Assembly: GCA_031268125.1 (NCBI GenBank)
Contig: JAIRXT010000206.1
Coordinates: forward strand, 1-51,302
Length of the DNA stretch: 51,302 nucleotides
Direction: 5' to 3'
DNA from: Treponema sp.
Lineage (GTDB): Bacteria; Spirochaetota; Spirochaetia; Treponematales; Breznakiellaceae
This document shows, in pieces, positions 36,956-44,593 of this stretch. How positions within the stretch are numbered: position 1 is the stretch's first letter; the number at the start of each line of letters is the position of its first letter. Below the pieces are notes generated by a model, which was not told the origin of the DNA, ran no database searches, and saw only the letters and a list, made by a program, of their open reading frames with translations. The translations under genes and the position numbers were made by a program.

Positions 36956-36972
36956 CCACGTTACCGCCTTTT
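36940..36972. terminator. Bidirectional rho-independent terminator
   Basis: AAAAAAAAGGCGGTAA ccacg TTACCGCCTTTT. An 11-bp perfect stem with an A-run on one side and a T-run on the other. Lies between convergent genes and overlaps the cassette stop codon. Confidence 0.8.
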
Positions 36973-37007
36973 ACCGGAGGGTTCTAAAGCCGCCTTCCAG
37001 ACAATGC

Positions 37008-37730
37008 CTACCAGGAATCCGGCATGTCGTCGGGGTCCCGGTTATTTTCGGTAAACAGATCCGTTACCGCCCTCATGTCGTCAAAGTAGACATAGTAGCT
37101 GCCGAAGGCTTCCAAGGGGTCGGCCCTGATTACCAAACCGGTAACCATAATCCCCATGCTGTTGAAGTAGTGGTAATCCCGCTGAACAACGCCGTTCCTG
37201 CCGTCATCCGCCGCCGGAGGGACCGCTACGGTCAGTTTTCTCCAGCCGGGAAAATCCAGCTTACCGACATAAAGCTCAAAGTCGCGGCCCAGAAAATCCC
37301 GAATCTGCAGGTACAGATCGTGCCTGAAATTCCTGCCGGCCACCCACAAAGATATAGTCTTTGTGATCCCCTCTATCGGGATGGGCCGCTGGGGCCGGAA
37401 GTATATCGACGTATAGCCCCGGCGCAAAAAATCGATCCGGGTACCTAAAACATACTTTTCGGGTATCTGGAACTGTTCTTCATCCTCCAGGGGGACCTTG
37501 GCCGCGGGGCCGCCGGCGAAGAGCCGGCTTGTACTAAAACCGTCATCCGGGGAGATATGGGAAGTCCAGTATCCTTCCATTTCAAATTTATCAACGGAGA
37601 CCTCTTTTAATTCCAGACCCTGGTTAGGTTCCGTACCGATTTCCGTAGGTTCGGCAACGCCAACCTCGTTTTGAGCGAACAGCGACACAGCACAGAAAAG
37701 AACCAAAACGGACAGAATAACACGTTTCAT
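37008..37730 (-). CDS. Flagellar filament outer-layer (sheath) protein FlaA-family paralogue
   Basis: Signal peptide MKRVILSVLVLFCAVSLFAQ. C-terminal pattern YVGKLDFPGWRKLTVAVP...SYYVYFDDMRAVTD matches the FlaA block G.L.F.GW..L....P......Y.YF.D. Confidence 0.6.
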   Translation of the reverse strand: MKRVILSVLVLFCAVSLFAQNEVGVAEPTEIGTEPNQGLELKEVSVDKFEMEGYWTSHISPDDGFSTSRLFAGGPAAKVPLEDEEQFQIPEKYVLGTRIDFLRRGYTSIYFRPQRPIPIEGITKTISLWVAGRNFRHDLYLQIRDFLGRDFELYVGKLDFPGWRKLTVAVPPAADDGRNGVVQRDYHYFNSMGIMVTGLVIRADPLEAFGSYYVYFDDMRAVTDLFTENNRDPDDMPDSW

Positions 37731-37743
37731 TTACAGGGCCTCC

Positions 37744-38514
37744 TTAGTTACCCGCCGCAGACCAAAGTTCCTGCACATGGCTGGGATCCGCCAGATCATC
37801 ACCATCATAGAAGGACTCAAAAGTATCGGCCAGCACCTTGAATTGATCCAAATACACATAAAAATCACCGGGCGCCTCGGTGGGCCGGGTCCAAATCCGG
37901 AACTTCACAAAACGAAGACCGGCATAGTTAGGCAGGACCCGTTTGGACTGCCGGATACTGGTTGGGACACTCGCCCGCAGATTCTTCCAGCCTTTGTAGA
38001 CAAGATCCCCCATTTGCAGCACATGAACAACCCCCTGGTAATCCCGGATATAGGCCTCCAGATAGATATCATGGTTGGCGCCCCAAAGCCAGGCATCCAG
38101 ATACTGGACCCGGCCCGGAAGAGGAATTTCAAAAGCCGCCTCCTCTCCGTCGGCCCCGGCGGCCACCGGATAAATATCTATCCAGTTGTAGCCCGGACGC
38201 TGGAAATTACCCAAGATTCCAAGGGACCTATAGTCATTCCCCTGGCGGTTAGCTCCAAACAGCGCCTGGGGCCAGGCGGGAACATAGGTAAGCCTGGGAT
38301 AACCTTCCATTTTGAATCTACTCCCCATCACCTGCCAGGAATACTCATACGAGTTAAGTTCCCCCCCGACAAGCCATTCGTGGGCGGTACTTCCGTCAAA
38401 AGCTTCTATGACAAACGCCTCGGAATTAATGGTAAGTTCATCAGAAAACCCGGAAATACCCGCCGCACATGCCAGAAGAATAAGACAAATAACCCTGAAA
38501 CAACCCTGTTTCAT
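37744..38514 (-). CDS. Flagellar filament outer-layer (sheath) protein FlaA-family paralogue
   Basis: Signal peptide MKQGCFRVICLILLACAAGISG. WQVMGSRFKMEGYPRLTYVPAWPQALFG, GDLVYKGWKNLRASVPTSIRQ and DFYVYLDQFKVLAD match FlaA-family blocks. ATG at 38514. Confidence 0.65.
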   Translation of the reverse strand: MKQGCFRVICLILLACAAGISGFSDELTINSEAFVIEAFDGSTAHEWLVGGELNSYEYSWQVMGSRFKMEGYPRLTYVPAWPQALFGANRQGNDYRSLGILGNFQRPGYNWIDIYPVAAGADGEEAAFEIPLPGRVQYLDAWLWGANHDIYLEAYIRDYQGVVHVLQMGDLVYKGWKNLRASVPTSIRQSKRVLPNYAGLRFVKFRIWTRPTEAPGDFYVYLDQFKVLADTFESFYDGDDLADPSHVQELWSAAGN

Positions 38515-38608
38515 CCAATTACTCCTTTCCACTCTGTTCCATACCAAAGACTGGTTTTATAGAGAAACCCTCGTCCAGGGAACGGTAAAACCATGAACAT
38601 CGAAGATC

Positions 38609-38637
38609 ATTATATTTCTTATCGGTTCTTTTGTCAA
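38609..38637 (-). promoter_or_regulatory. Consensus sigma70 promoter upstream of the FlaA-paralogue pair
   Basis: On the minus strand: TTGACA (38637-38632), 17 bp, TATAAT (38614-38609), a perfect consensus. About 90-nt leader to the ATG at 38514. Confidence 0.65.
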
Positions 38638-38652
38638 ATTCACCAGAATAAT

Positions 38653-39597
38653 CTACCAGAAAAAACCTGGAGGAGCCGGTGAATTGAAAGCCTTTTTCAG
38701 CTTTTCCCGCAATCCGGAATCCCCTACCCTGCCGGGGGGGATGCGGAACCTGGCGGGGACGGACGTTTCTCCCGCCGGGAAGGTGCGAAGGGCCCGGTAT
38801 GCCAGAGCCCAGGGGGAATCATCGCCGATTACCTTGACTTTAGAAGGAGTTAGGGCGGAATCCATCCAGGAATAGAGCAGGGAGGGGACCTCGTTATCCC
38901 GGTTGAGGTATGCCTCCGCAGCCCCCCCCAGGACCACACAGCGAACCTGTCCCCAGGATGAATAACTTGAGGAGAGCTCCAGATAAACGGGAACAAGATT
39001 TTTGTTTTCTTCCTGCAAACCCGCAAGAAAAGCCTCCCGGTGTACCGGAAAATCCCGGTTTTCCTGAAAAACCAGCACGATCCCCCCCGCATCCCCCGCC
39101 AACAGCGCGGCGCAGCGGCCCGCCCGCCAGGAATTGAGGGGAGCATCCGGAAACACAAAGTCCGGCCCCCCTTCACCGGGGGGAAGACGATTCAAACCGT
39201 CCGAAGAACCGGGGCCCTGCCCGATAACCGTAACCCGGACATCTGGCCGCTGCCGGGCGTACCGCTCAAGGCCCCGGGAATAGCGGACAGGCCCCAAAAC
39301 CGCCCCGGGACGCGTTTCCTTTTCCTCAATGGCAAACACCAGAGCCTCCGGGTTTGCGTTTTCCGCGATGGTAACCCGCTCCACCCGCCGGAAAAGCCGC
39401 AGGGAAAGATAAATCTGTTCCGTAAGGCCCCGTCTAAACCCGTAGAGGGCATCAAAACCGGTGTCGCTTACGAACAGGACCGGCGGCCGGTAAAAGAAAA
39501 CCCCCGCCGCCGCAAGAACAAGCAGCGGAAGGCCCGCACGAACCGCGAGCCGTCCAAGCCGGGGTAAACGAAACTGTCTGGATCGGGAAAATTTCAT
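38653..39597 (-). CDS. Membrane-anchored hypothetical protein
   Basis: N-terminal basic segment plus TM (LAVRAGLPLLVLAAAGVFFY). No recognised domain in the remainder. Confidence 0.55.
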   Translation of the reverse strand: MKFSRSRQFRLPRLGRLAVRAGLPLLVLAAAGVFFYRPPVLFVSDTGFDALYGFRRGLTEQIYLSLRLFRRVERVTIAENANPEALVFAIEEKETRPGAVLGPVRYSRGLERYARQRPDVRVTVIGQGPGSSDGLNRLPPGEGGPDFVFPDAPLNSWRAGRCAALLAGDAGGIVLVFQENRDFPVHREAFLAGLQEENKNLVPVYLELSSSYSSWGQVRCVVLGGAAEAYLNRDNEVPSLLYSWMDSALTPSKVKVIGDDSPWALAYRALRTFPAGETSVPARFRIPPGRVGDSGLREKLKKAFNSPAPPGFFW

Positions 39598-39609
39598 AAT
39601 ATCTTATGC

Positions 39610-39638
39610 AGTGTAGTCTTTCCGGCCAACATTGTAAA
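39610..39638 (-). promoter_or_regulatory. Candidate sigma70-like promoter giving a near-leaderless transcript
   Basis: On the minus strand: TTTACA (39638-39633), 17 bp, TACACT (39615-39610). The ATG at 39597 is only 12 nt after the -10 box, with no Shine-Dalgarno. Confidence 0.35.
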
Positions 39639-39756
39639 TTTGGCAGCGCTGCTACCCTGTAAACACTAAACGAAACGGAATCATGCGGCGCCTTTTCACC
39701 CGTTCCTATCCTAAGAATTGCTGCGCCGCCCTGCCCGCCGGAAAACGGCCGCCGCC

Positions 39757-39824
39757 CAGCAATTCCGAATTCAAAAAAAATTACGGCTCTTTTCGGATTT
39801 GGAATTTCGAATTCGGAATTGCTG
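39757..39824. repeat. Perfect 16-bp inverted repeat with GAATTC-rich 36-nt spacer
   Basis: CAGCAATTCCGAATTC (39757-39772) and GAATTCGGAATTGCTG (39809-39824) are exact reverse complements. GGAATT/GAATTC units recur inside and beside them. GAATTGCTGC also recurs at 39715. Confidence 0.85.
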
Positions 39825-39913
39825 CCCGCCGCCGGGCTTATCCCTGGCCGGCCTTTTTGCTATGGTTGGCGTACCAAAAATCCTGGATTCCGGGTGAAGC
39901 AGAGGGGATAACC

Positions 39914-41017
39914 ATGTCAAAACAAGAACTTTCAGCCGTCCCCTCCGCCGGGCGGTTGGAACAAGGGGCGAAACTCCCCGGCGCCGTATCCCAGGCCCTG
40001 ATGCTGGAAAACCGGCTGAGGAAACGGCACAAACACCTGGCTAAATGGGCCAAAAGGTGCGGAATTGGGGCGTACCGGCTCTACGACCGGGACATTCCCG
40101 AAATTCCCCTGGTTATCGACTATTACCGGGGCAGGATCGGGCCTGACGGTCCTCCGGCGGAGGCCCTGGCGGGGGCGCTGTACCGGCGGCCCTACGAAAA
40201 AGATCCCGCCGAGGAGGACGCCTGGCTTGCCGTGATGGAGGGAGCCATGACGGCGGCCCTGGGAATCCCCGGTTCAAAGATTTTCCTGAAGGAGCGCCGC
40301 CGCCTGCGCGGGCGGCAGGAGCAATACGGAAAGCTGGATTTCCCGGGCGGGGGCTTTGAACTGGCGGTTGAGGAGGGGGGCCTGCGGTTCCTGGTAAACC
40401 TGTCGGATTACCTGGATACCGGACTGTTCCCGGACCGGCGGAGACTCCGCGCCCTTATCCGGGAAGATGCGGCGGGAAAGCGGGTGCTGAACCTCTTCGC
40501 CTACACCTGCGCCTTTTCGGTCTACGCTGCCGCCGGCGGGGCGGCCTCGGTGGATTCGGTGGACCTTTCCGGGGGCTACCTGGACTGGGGCAGGCGGAAT
40601 TTCGCCCTCAACGGCATTTCTGCGGGGCGGGCCTTCCGGTTTATCCGGGCCGATGCCCTGCGTTTCCTGGAAAACGCCGCCGGGAAGAGATGGGACCTGA
40701 TCATCCTGGACCCCCCCGCCTTTTCCAACTCAAAAAAAATGACCGGGACCCTGGATACCAGGCGGGACCACCCGGGACTCATCGCCCGCTGCCTGGGCCT
40801 TCTTGCCCCCGGGGGCAGACTCTGGTTCAGCACGGGGACCGGCCGTTTCCGCCTGAACCGGGAGGAAATCGAAAGGCTCCGGCAAGGCGGCCCCCGGAAG
40901 ACAGGTCCCGGAAGCCTTAGAATCGAGGAACCGGGGACGAAAACCATAGACGAGGATTTCAGGGGCAAAAAGCCGCCGCCCTGCTGCCTGTTCTACTACG
41001 GGGATACGCAATCTTAG
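39914..41017 (+). CDS. rlmK: Stand-alone class I SAM-dependent 23S rRNA methyltransferase, RlmK-like (C-terminal half of E. coli RlmKL)
   Basis: LENRLRKRHKHLAKWAKRCGIGAYRLYDRDIPEIPLVIDYY, VNLSDYLDTGLFPDRR, VLNLFAYTCAFSVYAAAGGA and LIILDPPAFSNSKKM track the RlmK domain of E. coli RlmKL as I recall it. ATG at 39914 with a GAGGGG Shine-Dalgarno is preferred over the longest ORF (39683). Confidence 0.8.
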   Translation: MSKQELSAVPSAGRLEQGAKLPGAVSQALMLENRLRKRHKHLAKWAKRCGIGAYRLYDRDIPEIPLVIDYYRGRIGPDGPPAEALAGALYRRPYEKDPAEEDAWLAVMEGAMTAALGIPGSKIFLKERRRLRGRQEQYGKLDFPGGGFELAVEEGGLRFLVNLSDYLDTGLFPDRRRLRALIREDAAGKRVLNLFAYTCAFSVYAAAGGAASVDSVDLSGGYLDWGRRNFALNGISAGRAFRFIRADALRFLENAAGKRWDLIILDPPAFSNSKKMTGTLDTRRDHPGLIARCLGLLAPGGRLWFSTGTGRFRLNREEIERLRQGGPRKTGPGSLRIEEPGTKTIDEDFRGKKPPPCCLFYYGDTQS

Positions 41018-41069
41018 TACCATGTAAAAACTAAATTGGGATAAAGAAAGGGGCAAAAAAAGAATGTAT

Positions 41070-41156
41070 ACCGCGAAGGCGCGCAAAGGATCACGAAGGA
41101 TTGGATTCCGCTGCTTTTCCCTTCCTTCGTGTTCCTGCCTTTGCGGTAAATTTTTT
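41070..41156 (+). terminator. Long imperfect hairpin plus T-run, candidate terminator of rlmK
   Basis: ACCGCGAAGG...CACGAAGGA (41070-41100) pairs with TCCTTCGTG...CCTTTGCGGT (41123-41147), followed by AAATTTTTT. Confidence 0.5.
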
Positions 41157-41165
41157 ATACAAAAG

Positions 41166-41195
41166 GCTGTTCCAAAACTGAAGTTTTGGAACAGC
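41166..41195. repeat. REP-like palindrome, copy 3 (family P1)
   Basis: GCTGTTCCAAAACT ga AGTTTTGGAACAGC, perfect 14-bp arms. Confidence 0.85.
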
Positions 41196-41225
41196 AGCCT
41201 TCCCCGGTTTAACACAATGGAAATT

Positions 41226-41302
41226 CAGAAATGTATGCCAAGTAACACGGGGTGCCGGGGAAAAAATCCACCGCCTTGAGCGGTGTTCTTGCTCCCGGCA
41301 TA
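41226..41302. repeat. Hairpin repeat element, copy B (family P2), inverted relative to copy A
   Basis: The reverse complement of 41249-41302 reads TATGCCGGGAGCAAG-AACACCGCTCAAGGCGGTGGATTTTTTCCCCGGCACCCC, which aligns to 5755-5769 plus 5794-5833. Nested stems TGCCGGG/CCCGGCA and CACCGC/GCGGTG. Confidence 0.75.
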
Positions 41303-41548
41303 GCCATTACCGTAGTTTTGGAACCGCCTCACATGCCTTTAGTGTTTACAGGGTACCGGCAACATGGTTGGACTATAAAAACCAATTTGAAAATTTCGCC
41401 ACAAAGGAGAAAATATCCGGCAATATACGGTTCTAACCGAAAACCGCCGCAACAGCCGGCAACCACGCGGGTATCTTTATTCTCCGGGGGCATTTCCGGC
41501 CCGGCGACGGACCGGAAACCCGCATAGGACCAAATGTCCCGGGGTTCT

Positions 41549-41752
41549 TCATTCTTTGATGTTGTACTTTCTGCGGAACCGCTCGATCCGGCCGGCAGTA
41601 TCCACCAGCTTTTGCTTCCCGGTAAAAAAGGGATGACAGGCGGAACATATTTCCACCTTGACGTTTTTTACGGTAGACCTGGTCTCAATCACGTTCCCGC
41701 AGGCACAAGTAATCGTGGTAAGCTCGTACCTGGGGTGAATTTTCTCTTTCAT
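41549..41752 (-). CDS. rpmE: 50S ribosomal protein L31
   Basis: [22 protein letters not shown]...[30 protein letters not shown]. Confidence 0.95.
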   Translation of the reverse strand: MKEKIHPRYELTTITCACGNVIETRSTVKNVKVEICSACHPFFTGKQKLVDTAGRIERFRRKYNIKE

Positions 41753-41801
41753 GCTGAATCCTCCACTTTGTCCAACTCCCCGTCCCGGGGTTTAAGGACG
41801 C

Positions 41802-43601
41802 CTAATCCGCACCGGCAGACCCGGTATTCATGGATCGCAGGAAGGCTTCATTATTCTTACTTTTCCTCATCTTGTCAACCAGAAGCTCGATGATCTCGAT
41901 GTCGTCCATAGGGTTGATAACCTTGCGGAGAATCCATATTTTTTGAAGCTCTCCTTCGGTAAGGAGGAGCTCTTCTTTTCTGGTCCCGGACTTTTTGATG
42001 TTGATGGCCGGGAAAAGCCGGCGGTCGGAAATTCGCCGGTCCAGATCGATTTCCATGTTGCCGGTCCCTTTGAATTCCTCAAAGATAACCTCGTCCATGC
42101 GGCTGCCGGTCTCGATAAGGGCGGTAGAGATGATCGTCAGGCTCCCCCCCTCTTCAATGTTCCGGGCGGCGCCGAAAAAGCGCTTGGGTTTGTGGAGGGC
42201 GTTGGAATCGACACCGCCTGAGAGGATCTTGCCGCTGGTGGGGACGGTCTGGTTGTAGGCCCGGGCAAGGCGGGTAATCGAATCAAGGAGTATCACCACG
42301 TCTTTTTTATGTTCCACCAGGCGCTTGGCCTTTTCCAGGACCATCTCGGTTACCTGGACATGCCGGGTGGCCTGCTCGTCGAAGGTGGAGGAGATCACCT
42401 CCGCCCGGACGGTCCGCTCCATGTCGGTTACTTCCTCGGGACGCTCATCGATAAGGAGTACGATCAGGTACACCTCCGGGTGGTTCTTGGTAATCGCGTT
42501 GGCAATCTTCTGCATCATGATGGTCTTGCCGGTCCGGGGGGGCGCCACAATCAGGGCCCGCTGCCCCTTGCCGATGGGACAAAACAGGTTAATGATCCGC
42601 TCGGAGATGCTGTCGGTGCTTGTTTCCAGGTCCAATTTTTCATTTGGGTACAGGGGGGTAAGGTTGTCAAAGGGAATGCGGTTCTGGGCTACCGTGGGAT
42701 CGTCGTAGTTCACCGTTTCTACCCGCAGCATAGCGAAAAACCGTTCCTGCTCCTTGGGGCTGCGGATCTGACCGTAGACGGTATCCCCGGTTTTTAGGGC
42801 GAAGAGCCGTATCTGGCTGGGGCTGATGTAGATGTCGTCGGGGCCGGGGAGGTAGGAATTTTGGGGGCTCCTGAGGAATCCGTAGCTGTCGGGGAGTATT
42901 TCCAGGGAACCGTAGGCGTAGATGACCCCGCCCCGCTCGGTATGGGCCTTGAGCAGGGAGAAAATAATCTCCTGCTTCTTCATGTTGACCATGTCTTCAT
43001 GGGAGATATTGTAACAGGCCGCCAGATCCCGCAGGTCCATCATGTTGAGCCGGATAAGTTCGTTGATGCAGAGCCGGGGCTTGCCGTTATCCTGATCGCC
43101 CCGGGGTTCGGGCTTGCCGTAAATGTCCGGCATAGGGGGAAGATTCTTCGGCAGGACCGGCCCTTCCTGGGATACCGGAGGCCGCCCCTTCGGCGGCGGA
43201 AAACCGGAATTCCCTTCGGCGGGGAATTCCATCTGGGCCGCCTGCCGTACACTCCCGGAAGGCCGGGAATATTCGCCGGAAAAGGTCCCATTATCATCGC
43301 CGGATCCCGGCCGGCCGCGGGAATCCCGCGGAGAAACCGTCCGCTTGGTCCGGGCCCGGACCACTACCCGGCCCCCGGAACGATCTTCCTGGTTATCTTC
43401 CCCGCCGGCCCAGTTGTCTTCCGCTGCATCCGACACCGCCGGCCTGGCCTCTGCCGATCCGTTACCGGGAGAAGAAAAGTCTTCTTCCTTGACGGTATCT
43501 TCTACCGGGGCCCTTTTTCTCCGGCCCACCGTTACAACTTCTTCCTGCGGAAGTTCCGATGATCTTGCTCTTGAGCTTCTCCTTGCGACTGCCATAGACA
43601 A
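41802..43601 (-). CDS. rho: Transcription termination factor Rho with ~175-aa N-terminal low-complexity extension
   Basis: The canonical body starts near [18 protein letters not shown]. Walker [13 protein letters not shown], plus [43 protein letters not shown]. The R/G/D/E/S/P-rich extension is open in frame, starting 20 nt after the pncC stop. Confidence 0.9.
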   Translation of the reverse strand: MSMAVARRSSRARSSELPQEEVVTVGRRKRAPVEDTVKEEDFSSPGNGSAEARPAVSDAAEDNWAGGEDNQEDRSGGRVVVRARTKRTVSPRDSRGRPGSGDDNGTFSGEYSRPSGSVRQAAQMEFPAEGNSGFPPPKGRPPVSQEGPVLPKNLPPMPDIYGKPEPRGDQDNGKPRLCINELIRLNMMDLRDLAACYNISHEDMVNMKKQEIIFSLLKAHTERGGVIYAYGSLEILPDSYGFLRSPQNSYLPGPDDIYISPSQIRLFALKTGDTVYGQIRSPKEQERFFAMLRVETVNYDDPTVAQNRIPFDNLTPLYPNEKLDLETSTDSISERIINLFCPIGKGQRALIVAPPRTGKTIMMQKIANAITKNHPEVYLIVLLIDERPEEVTDMERTVRAEVISSTFDEQATRHVQVTEMVLEKAKRLVEHKKDVVILLDSITRLARAYNQTVPTSGKILSGGVDSNALHKPKRFFGAARNIEEGGSLTIISTALIETGSRMDEVIFEEFKGTGNMEIDLDRRISDRRLFPAINIKKSGTRKEELLLTEGELQKIWILRKVINPMDDIEIIELLVDKMRKSKNNEAFLRSMNTGSAGAD

Positions 43602-43621
43602 ACTTGTTCTCCTATAAAAAG

Positions 43622-44170
43622 TTAAGCGGGAGAAGGAAGTTCATTTCCATTATTTTCTCCCAATACTATCTGCTTTAATATAACTTCCAGGGCTTCCCGG
43701 GCGGCACGCTCCCGAATCCCGTTCCGGGACCCTTCAAAATGAAACACATGAGCCTGCGGCGCCCGTCCCCGGCCTGCGGCCGCTATCCATACCGTTCCCA
43801 CCGGAACCTGCGTCCCGTCTCCGCCGGGGCCGGCCAAACCGGTAACAGCCACCGCGTAATCAGCGCCGCTTTTATCAAGGGCCCCCAGGGCCATAGCGCA
43901 GGCGGTTTCCCTGCTTACGGGGCCGAATTTTTCAAGATTCCGGGGATCCAAACCCAGCATCCTGACCTTCGCATCCACCGTGTAGGTAACAAAGGCCCCC
44001 CACAGCACCCGCGACGCTCCGGGAATCCGGGCAACCAGATCCGCCGTCAAGCCGGCGGTACAAGACTCCGCCGCCGTCATGGTTTGGGAACGGCGGGCCA
44101 AGGTCTCTACCAGACGCCGGGCCGCCGCTTCGGCTTGCCCGCAGATCGTGCTATTCTCTGCCGGGTCCAT
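43622..44170 (-). CDS. pncC: CinA C-terminal domain protein (nicotinamide-nucleotide amidohydrolase PncC-like)
   Basis: [20 protein letters not shown] and [13 protein letters not shown] blocks of the CinA/PncC family. Confidence 0.8.
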   Translation of the reverse strand: MDPAENSTICGQAEAAARRLVETLARRSQTMTAAESCTAGLTADLVARIPGASRVLWGAFVTYTVDAKVRMLGLDPRNLEKFGPVSRETACAMALGALDKSGADYAVAVTGLAGPGGDGTQVPVGTVWIAAAGRGRAPQAHVFHFEGSRNGIRERAAREALEVILKQIVLGENNGNELPSPA

Positions 44171-44585
44171 GGGTTCTCTGTAATTCCGCCTTTATTTCCC
44201 CCGTAGGACGGGAAAAAATTTCCACTTCCTTGTCCGCCCCGGTCATGCTGCACTGGCCTTCAAAGAGTACCCCGTCGGCAATGCGCAGCCGTGCGGCGGT
44301 AACATCCCCCCGCAGTTCCGCACCGCTGAGCATATCTACCTTGTCTATCGCATAAACGGCGCCAATCACGGTTCCGTACACCGTAAGGGAAGTAACGGAA
44401 ATACGATCCGCCTCCACCACCGCGCCCTTGTCAACGATAAGGGCCCCGGTTGCCTCTATGGCACCCTTGAATTTTCCCTTGATCCGCAGGGTTTCCTTAA
44501 AGCGGAGAAGCCCGTTAAAACTGGTACTCTCCCCCAGTATTACCTCTGCGGGGGTATCCTTCTTTTTGCCTTCTGTCTTACCCAT
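44151..44585 (-). CDS. Bactofilin (polymer-forming cytoskeletal protein, DUF583)
   Basis: Repetitive beta-helix pattern FNGLLRFKETLRIKGKFKGAIEATGALIVDKGAVVEADRISVTSLTVYGTVIGAVYAIDKVDMLSGAELRGDVTAARLRIADGVLFEG. Confidence 0.8.
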   Translation of the reverse strand: MGKTEGKKKDTPAEVILGESTSFNGLLRFKETLRIKGKFKGAIEATGALIVDKGAVVEADRISVTSLTVYGTVIGAVYAIDKVDMLSGAELRGDVTAARLRIADGVLFEGQCSMTGADKEVEIFSRPTGEIKAELQRTHGPGRE

Positions 44586-44593
44586 GCCTTAAA

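Noticed and set aside
36946-36971. The cassette terminator contains CGGTAAC-CAC-GTTACCG, the same heptamers as the XRE operator array. An 11-mer, TTACCGTATCG, from the operator also occurs at 7925-7935.
   Set aside because: Half-site orientation and spacing differ from the TTACCG-N3-CGGTAA operator. The heptamer is expected about six times by chance in this window and is indeed seen in several coding regions. The 7925 match lies inside the coding junction of two ABC genes. These are probably coincidences, though the regulator-binding test proposed for the array would settle it.
41252-41527. 91-aa plus-strand ORF, and ORF 41064-41279, in the rlmK-rpmE gap.
   Set aside because: Both are made up of translated repeat and hairpin elements, with no Shine-Dalgarno and aberrant composition (P/R/G-rich).
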